Assembly: GCA_016714015.1 (NCBI GenBank) | Contig: JADJNZ010000009.1 | Coordinates: 56,321-120,320, forward strand | Direction: 5' to 3' | DNA length: 64,000 nucleotides | From: Gemmatimonadota bacterium | GTDB lineage: Bacteria; Gemmatimonadota; Gemmatimonadetes; Gemmatimonadales; Gemmatimonadaceae | Part shown: positions 59,193-64,000 of the stretch, one piece after another | Layout of the letters: the number at the start of each line of letters is the position of its first letter | Numbering within the stretch: the first letter of the stretch is position 1 | Program-made: the position numbers and the translations under genes | Notes under the pieces: model-generated | What the model was told of the DNA's origin: nothing | Databases searched by the model: none | What the model saw: the letters and a program-made list of their open reading frames with translations, nothing else

Positions 59193-59432
59193 ATGGGTGC
59201 GCTCTTTCCACTCGCCTTCCTAGTAGCCATCGGCGCCCTCGTGACTCTTGGCGTCGGCTTGAGCGTCTACCAGAAGCGCGCTACGCAGCGACTGACCGAC
59301 GAACGGGACGATGATCGCCTGGCTATGCTGGAAGCTCGGTTAGAGGCGCTCGAGAGCCGTGCCGATTCGACGGATCGCGCTCTCGAAAGGGGGGCGAAGC
59401 CCCGCGAGCTTCAGTCCGGGGACTCAGCATGA
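59193..59432 (+). CDS. Cassette 36: single-TM plus coiled-coil protein
   Basis: TM then RLAMLEARLEALESR. Confidence 0.8.
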   Translation: MGALFPLAFLVAIGALVTLGVGLSVYQKRATQRLTDERDDDRLAMLEARLEALESRADSTDRALERGAKPRELQSGDSA

Positions 59433-59520
59433 GTCGGTCCAGCTCATTGCGAGTCCCGCTGGCGTTCCGCGAGTTGAGATCCGGATCAGAAGGGGCGTGA
59501 CCGAACTTCCGCGCGGCGCG

Positions 59521-59654
59521 CCCTAACGGCAGTTGGTGCAGACGGCCGCGTCAGTGAAGCAGGTGGGCGGCCGTGCTCTTTCGTACCTTTCGGTATCGCA
59601 CGGCCGCCCACCTGCATCTTATGAAAGCGGCCGCAGCACAACTTGACGTTAGCC
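59521..59654 (+). repeat. attC36
   Basis: ccctaac...gttagcc. Confidence 0.95.
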
Positions 59655-59665
59655 TGACACGCGCG

Positions 59666-60184
59666 ATGCGACTGGCACTGCTGCTCCTGACAACGGTCCT
59701 GGTTTCGTGTGCGCGCTCCGAAGCTCCGCGTGCCGAATCCGCGCGGATCGACGCCGCGGTCGCGTCGATCAGCGCGATGGACGATTCGAGTTGCGCGTTT
59801 GACCGGGCGCTCCGCCACATCGTGGGCGACTCGCTGGTCCGCGAGTTCGTTCGGCGTGCCGCGACTGGATCCTTCGATCGAACCGAGGAGTGGTTACCTA
59901 CCGCCGTCGATTGTATCGGCCACGAACCCGGATACGATACGTTCCTCGTCCTCGATTCCACTCGCGTCTCGCAGTTGCCCGCCGGTTCCGACACCTTGCG
60001 CTACGCTCTCAGCTCGCGACTCAGAGGTCGGCTGGTCGGCGGTCAGTTCGAACCCGACAGCGTCGCTCGAGTCGACACGATCGTTGCTTATCGCACGATG
60101 GCCGGATGGCGCATTGCTAGCCCCGCCTTCTGGAATTGGATGTCACCCGAGGCTGCCCGACTGAAGGGTTGGCGCGTGAGATAG
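59666..60184 (+). CDS. Cassette 37: lipoprotein
   Basis: MRLALLLLTTVLVSC lipobox. Confidence 0.8.
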   Translation: MRLALLLLTTVLVSCARSEAPRAESARIDAAVASISAMDDSSCAFDRALRHIVGDSLVREFVRRAATGSFDRTEEWLPTAVDCIGHEPGYDTFLVLDSTRVSQLPAGSDTLRYALSSRLRGRLVGGQFEPDSVARVDTIVAYRTMAGWRIASPAFWNWMSPEAARLKGWRVR

Positions 60185-60204
60185 GCAGCGGGGGCCGGGG
60201 TGCA

Positions 60205-60338
60205 GGCTAACGGCGGTTGGTGCAGATGGCCGTGCTAGGGTAGCGGGGCGGCGGCCCCGCCTTATCGTACTACTTGGGTCGGCGTGGCCGCCGCCCCGCA
60301 AATTGTTGGAACGGCCACGGCACAACCTGACGTTATGT
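60205..60338 (+). repeat. attC37
   Basis: ggctaac...gttatgt. Confidence 0.95.
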
Positions 60339-60389
60339 GGACGCGAGCGCGGGATGGCTCTACGACCGCTCGCCCCCTAGATTCCGTTC

Positions 60390-60584
60390 ATGCGTCTCTC
60401 CTTCGAGCTCACCGAGGCCCAGCAGGGCCAGCTCAACGCCATCGCCCAGCGGCTGAACGTGCCGGTGGACGCACTGGCGGCTGCCGCGTTGCGTGACCTG
60501 CTCGACCGTCGCGAGGCCGCCTACGAGACCGCGGCCCGCCATGTCGTCGAGAAGAACGCCGAACTCTACCGAAAGCTCGCGTAG
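60390..60584 (+). CDS. Cassette 38: antitoxin (RHH-like DNA-binding, Doc partner)
   Basis: 64 aa ending HVVEKNAELYRKLA, directly upstream of doc. Confidence 0.85.
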   Translation: MRLSFELTEAQQGQLNAIAQRLNVPVDALAAAALRDLLDRREAAYETAARHVVEKNAELYRKLA

Positions 60585-60599
60585 CGGGCGCCCGTTCGC

Positions 60600-60998
60600 G
60601 TGGCGACCCGGTTCCTTTCGCTCGCAGAAGTCCTCGATCTCTACAGCCGCGTGTTGGTCGCCGGCGGGGGCGCGTCTGCTATTCGCGATCTCGGCGCGCT
60701 GGAGTCCGCGCTCGCGCAGCCACGTGCGACGTTTGCCGACGAGGATCTCTATCCGTCGCTCGCCGAGAAGGCGTCCGCCCTTGGCTTCTCGCTCATCCTC
60801 AATCACCCGTTCGTCGACGGCAACAAGCGCATCGGCCACGCGGCGGTTGAAGTCTTTCTGGTGCTGAACGGCTTCGAGCTGTCGGCAGGGATTGATGACG
60901 CCGAACGGGTCATCCTCGGCGTTGCGGCGGGGACAATCAGTCGGGACGAGTTCACGACGTGGATCCGAGAATCTCTCGTCGCATTCCCGGCACCGTAG
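60600..60998 (+). CDS. doc: Cassette 38: death-on-curing (Fic-fold) toxin
   Basis: IRDLGALESALAQP, NHPFVDGNKRIG. Confidence 0.93.
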   Translation: MATRFLSLAEVLDLYSRVLVAGGGASAIRDLGALESALAQPRATFADEDLYPSLAEKASALGFSLILNHPFVDGNKRIGHAAVEVFLVLNGFELSAGIDDAERVILGVAAGTISRDEFTTWIRESLVAFPAP

Positions 60999-61015
60999 CG
61001 GATCGGACGGGCGCC

Positions 61016-61149
61016 ACATAACGGCAGTTGGTGCAGACGGCCGCGCTGGGGTAGCGGTTGGGCGGCCGTGCTTTATCGTACCTGACGGTACCGCACGGCC
61101 GCCCAACCGCATCTTATGGAAGCGGCCGCAGCACAACTTGACGTTAGCC
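61016..61149 (+). repeat. attC38
   Basis: acataac...gttagcc. Confidence 0.95.
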
Positions 61150-61151
61150 GG

Positions 61152-61370
61152 ATGAGAAATGGATTCGAGCATCCCATGAACGCGAATTCCGAGGCTCCTG
61201 GAACGGGAGCGATTCGGCGATGGGGCGGCATGTTCGCGACGGTGTTGTTTGCGGCGAGCCTGGTCGTGCACATCCGTGACGGATCATCAGTGGGACACCT
61301 TATGTCCGCGGCTGGTATGACCGTCGTGTTCGGCGCGCTTACATGGCAGCAGTGGCGGCGGCCACGGTGA
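61152..61370 (+). CDS. Cassette 39: small two-TM membrane protein
   Basis: 72 aa, two hydrophobic helices. Confidence 0.7.
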   Translation: MRNGFEHPMNANSEAPGTGAIRRWGGMFATVLFAASLVVHIRDGSSVGHLMSAAGMTVVFGALTWQQWRRPR

Positions 61371-61396
61371 CGCCGCCTTGGATGTCGAGCGTCACC

Positions 61397-61530
61397 GGCT
61401 AACGGAGGTTGGTGCAGACGGCCGCGTTAGGGAAGCAGGTGGGCGGCCGTGCTCTTTTGTACCTTTCGGTATCGCACGGCCGCCCACCTGCATCTTATGG
61501 AAGCGGCCGCAGCACAACCAAACGTTATGC
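61397..61530 (+). repeat. attC39
   Basis: ggctaac...gttatgc. Confidence 0.95.
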
Positions 61531-61861
61531 GGGCGGGGGACAGCCAACTGGCGTCGGCGTCACCGCGTGGGAAGTACAGCCCGAGGCATCGACGCCGCTG
61601 AACGTCGGCGTCCTCAATCCCACCGCTTTGGGGAGCGCGCTCCGCCAGGATCAAGCGACGCCGCGGCTCGGAGGGCTTCGCCGGGCGTCCGCGCGCCCGC
61701 ATTGCGTACGAGGTGGTCGGTCCGGCGCGCGCGCGAGGGTGGGCGCGCGGGGGTGAGTACGGCGGGCCACCGCATAACGGCAGTTGGTGCAGATGGCCGC
61801 GCTATTGATGGCGGCGCGCTCCGCGGCCGCATTATTGAAGCGGCCACAGCACAACCACACG
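61525..61861 (+). other. Cassette 40, ORF-less (family C1)
   Basis: 337 bp; only a 24-codon 5' ORF. Confidence 0.8.
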
Positions 61862-61867
61862 TTATGC
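61772..61867 (+). repeat. attC40 (short class)
   Basis: gcataac...gttatgc. Confidence 0.95.
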
Positions 61868-62198
61868 GGGCGGGGGACAGCCAACTGGCGTCGGCGTCAC
61901 CGCGTGGGAAGTACAGCCCGAGGCATCGACGCCGCTGAACATGGGCGTCCTCAAGCCCACCGCTTTGGGGAGCGCGCTCCGCCAGGATCGAAGCGCCGCC
62001 GCGGCTCGGAGCCGCCTCGCCGGGCGTCCGCGCGCTGGCATTGCTTACGAGGTGGTCGGTCGGCGCGCGCGCGAGAGTGGGCGCGCGGGGGTGAGGACGG
62101 CGGGCCGCCGCATAACGGCAGTTGGTGCAGATGGCCGCGCTATTGATGGCGGCCGCTCCGCGGCCGCACTATTGGGGCGGCCACTGCACAACCAAACG
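61862..62198 (+). other. Cassette 41, ORF-less (family C2)
   Basis: 337 bp paralog. Confidence 0.8.
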
Positions 62199-62204
62199 TT
62201 AGCT
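62110..62204 (+). repeat. attC41 (short class)
   Basis: gcataac...gttagct. Confidence 0.95.
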
Positions 62205-62222
62205 GGACGGGAGCGGAGATCA

Positions 62223-62633
62223 GTGAAGCCGAATGCCGCCAGTTTGCGCGCGTTGTGCGAGTGCTACACGCCGATCGGCGTGATCTATCCGTGGAGACGC
62301 GCGCTCAAGCGCGCCGGTTACGCGCGGGTCCGATCACAGTTGGTGCCTGACTGGCTGGTGCCGGTGCTACGAGACAATCCGCAGCTGATCGAGGGATGGG
62401 TGCGCTACGTGGAGGACAAGCGAGGCGACTTCGGCTGGATCCTGCAGCAGCGAGCCGACCTGCGCTGGGTGGTCTGCTATCGCGCCGACTGCCAGTGGCC
62501 GGCCACGTACGAGGACGGCGCAATCGCGTGCGCGCAGTTCCTGGTCCGCGAGTTCGAGGTGCTGTACGGCAGGCCCCGTGGGAACGCAAACGGTGGCACT
62601 TTGCACCGGAGTCCGGGTGTGGCCGCCAGCTAA
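62223..62633 (+). CDS. Cassette 42: hypothetical protein
   Basis: GGAG RBS; stop inside R''. Confidence 0.7.
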   Translation: MKPNAASLRALCECYTPIGVIYPWRRALKRAGYARVRSQLVPDWLVPVLRDNPQLIEGWVRYVEDKRGDFGWILQQRADLRWVVCYRADCQWPATYEDGAIACAQFLVREFEVLYGRPRGNANGGTLHRSPGVAAS

Positions 62634-62761
62634 CGGCAGTTGGTGACCGACGGCCGTCTAGGGGAGCAGGTGGGCGGCCGTGCTCTTTTGTACCTTTCGG
62701 TATCGCACGGCCGCCCACCTGCATTTCATGAAAGCGGCCGCGGCACAACTTGACGTTATGC
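62628..62761 (+). repeat. attC42
   Basis: agctaac...gttatgc. Confidence 0.95.
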
Positions 62762-63091
62762 GGGCGGGGGACAGCCAACTGGCGTCGGCGTCACCGCGTG
62801 GGAAGTACAGCCCGAGGCATCGACGCCGCTGAACATGGGCGTCCTCAAGCCCAACGCTTTGGGGAGCGCGCTCCGCCAGGATCGAGCGCCGCCGCGGCTC
62901 GGAGCGCCTCGCCGGGCGTCCGCGCGCTGGCATTGCTTACGAGGTGGTCGGTCCGGCGCGCGCGCGAGAGTGGGCGCGCGGGGGTGAGGACGGCGGGCCG
63001 CCGCATAACGGCAGTTGGTGCAGATGGCCGCGCTATTGATGGCGGCCGCTCCGCGGCCGCATTATTGGGGCGGCCACTGCACAACCAAACG
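62756..63091 (+). other. Cassette 43, ORF-less (family C3)
   Basis: 336 bp paralog. Confidence 0.8.
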
Positions 63092-63097
63092 TTATGC
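63003..63097 (+). repeat. attC43 (short class)
   Basis: gcataac...gttatgc. Confidence 0.95.
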
Positions 63098-63427
63098 GGG
63101 CGGGGGACAGCCAACTGGCGTCGGCGTCACCGCGTGGGAAGTACAGCCCGAGGCATCGACGCCGCTGAACATGGGCGTCCTCAAGCCCACCGCTTTGGGG
63201 AGCGCGCTCCGCCAGGAGCGAGCGCCGTCGCGGATCGGAGCGCTTCGCCGGGCGTCCGCGCGCCGGCATTGCGTACGAGGTGGTCGGTCCGGCGCGCGCG
63301 CGCGGGTGGGCGCGCGGGGGTGAGGACGGCGGGCCGCCGCATAACGGCAGTTGGTGCAGATGGCCGCGCTATTGATGGCGGCCGCTCCGCGGCCGCATTA
63401 TTGGAGCGGCCACAGCACAACCAAACG
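63092..63427 (+). other. Cassette 44, ORF-less (family C4)
   Basis: 336 bp paralog. Confidence 0.8.
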
Positions 63428-63433
63428 TTATGC
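63339..63433 (+). repeat. attC44 (short class)
   Basis: gcataac...gttatgc. Confidence 0.95.
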
Positions 63434-63763
63434 GGGCGGGGGACAGCCAACTGGCGTCGGCGTCACCGCGTGGGAAGTACAGCCCGAGGCATCGACGCCG
63501 CTGAACGTGGGCGTCCTCAATCCCACAACTTTGGGGAGCGCGCTCCGCCAGGATCGAGTGCCGCCGCGGCGCGGAGCGCTTCGCCGGGCGTTCGCGCGCC
63601 GGCATTGCTTACGAGGGGGTCGGTCCGGCGCGCGCGCGAGGGTGGGCGCGCGGGGGTGAGGACGGCGGGCCGCCGCATAACGGCAGTTGGTGCAGATGGC
63701 CGCGCTATTGATGGCGGCCGCTCCGCGGCCGCATTATTGGAGCGGCCACAGCACAACCAAACG
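63428..63763 (+). other. Cassette 45, ORF-less (family C5)
   Basis: 336 bp paralog. Confidence 0.8.
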
Positions 63764-63769
63764 TTAGGG
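63675..63769 (+). repeat. attC45 (short class)
   Basis: gcataac...gttaggg. Confidence 0.95.
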
Positions 63770-63791
63770 CGACGAGACCGGCATCGATCGT

Positions 63792-64000
63792 ATGCTAAGC
63801 GCGCACACCGCTCGTTGGCTGTTGTGTCCCCTCGCTGCCGTCGGCTCATGCGGAGCGACAGGCATCGCGTCGCGGGGCGTCCAAGGGTGGCTCCAGACAC
63901 GCCTCGGCCAGGCGACGCTTGAGGCAGTGCTTCCGCTAGATGGACAGGAAGCCGTCCGCCTCGCGCTCGAGGCCCTCGTGTTCGTCTTGGCCGGTTCGCT
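63792..64000 (+). CDS. Cassette 46: probable exported protein, truncated by the window end
   Basis: MLSAHTARWLLCPLAAVGSC..., open to the end. Confidence 0.55.
   Translation, partial: MLSAHTARWLLCPLAAVGSCGATGIASRGVQGWLQTRLGQATLEAVLPLDGQEAVRLALEALVFVLAGS

Larger units (their letters stand above)
34949..64000 (+). mobile_element. Large chromosomal integron (intI, attI, at least 46 cassettes), continuing beyond the window
   Basis: intI plus 45 attC sites; each of the 45 complete cassettes has its 5' GTTRRRY-type core exactly complementary to its own R''. Confidence 0.97.

Noticed and set aside
41632-62778. Many minus-strand ORFs containing NVKLCRGRFHKMQVGGR-like text
   Set aside because: They are translations of the attC bottom strand, repeated at every site
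36119-63763. Group II intron, tRNA or sigma54-promoter identity for the ORF-less cassettes
   Set aside because: No domain V/GUGYG ends, no cloverleaf, and the TGGCAC hits lack the -12 TTGC at the right spacing
36364-63769. CRISPR array interpretation of the regularly recurring repeats
   Set aside because: Repeats are 94-136 bp with R''/L''/L'/R' boxes, spacers are 0.2-1.7 kb gene-bearing units, an integron integrase is adjacent and no cas genes are in the window
62750-63922. 390-aa repetitive ORF and similar frames across family C cassettes
   Set aside because: Runs through several attC sites, lacks an RBS, and sister copies have frame-breaking indels; an artefact of stop-poor GC-rich repeats

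Overview
High-GC bacterial chromosome segment, probably Gemmatimonadota (inferred from gene content and style, not verified). About 1-33 kb is housekeeping DNA: ftsEX-envC, a frameshifted transsulfuration enzyme, a STAS/GHKL module, ROK and PfkB kinases, three polysaccharide-modifying genes, lepA, mfd-PPIase-surA-pdxA, CBS and CDF transporters, pilT, typA, a PPK2 and tRNA-Ile(GAT). Several palindromic intergenic elements are scattered through it. From 34.9 kb to the window end lies a very large chromosomal integron. The integrase gene (34949-35932) is co-oriented with its array and sits upstream of it. I count 45 attC sites and 46 cassettes, the last one truncated by the window. About 26 of 38 coding cassettes encode exported or membrane proteins. 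Others encode a Doc toxin-antitoxin pair, a nucleotidyltransferase and a DUF4062/TIR-like protein; one cassette carries an IS30 insertion and one is duplicated. The most unusual signal is eight ORF-less cassettes in related families (one sits first after attI). All eight carry a dedicated short attC class, and six of them share conserved motif blocks, hairpins and a possible leader peptide. Domain calls are from motif recognition by eye; no database search was run.
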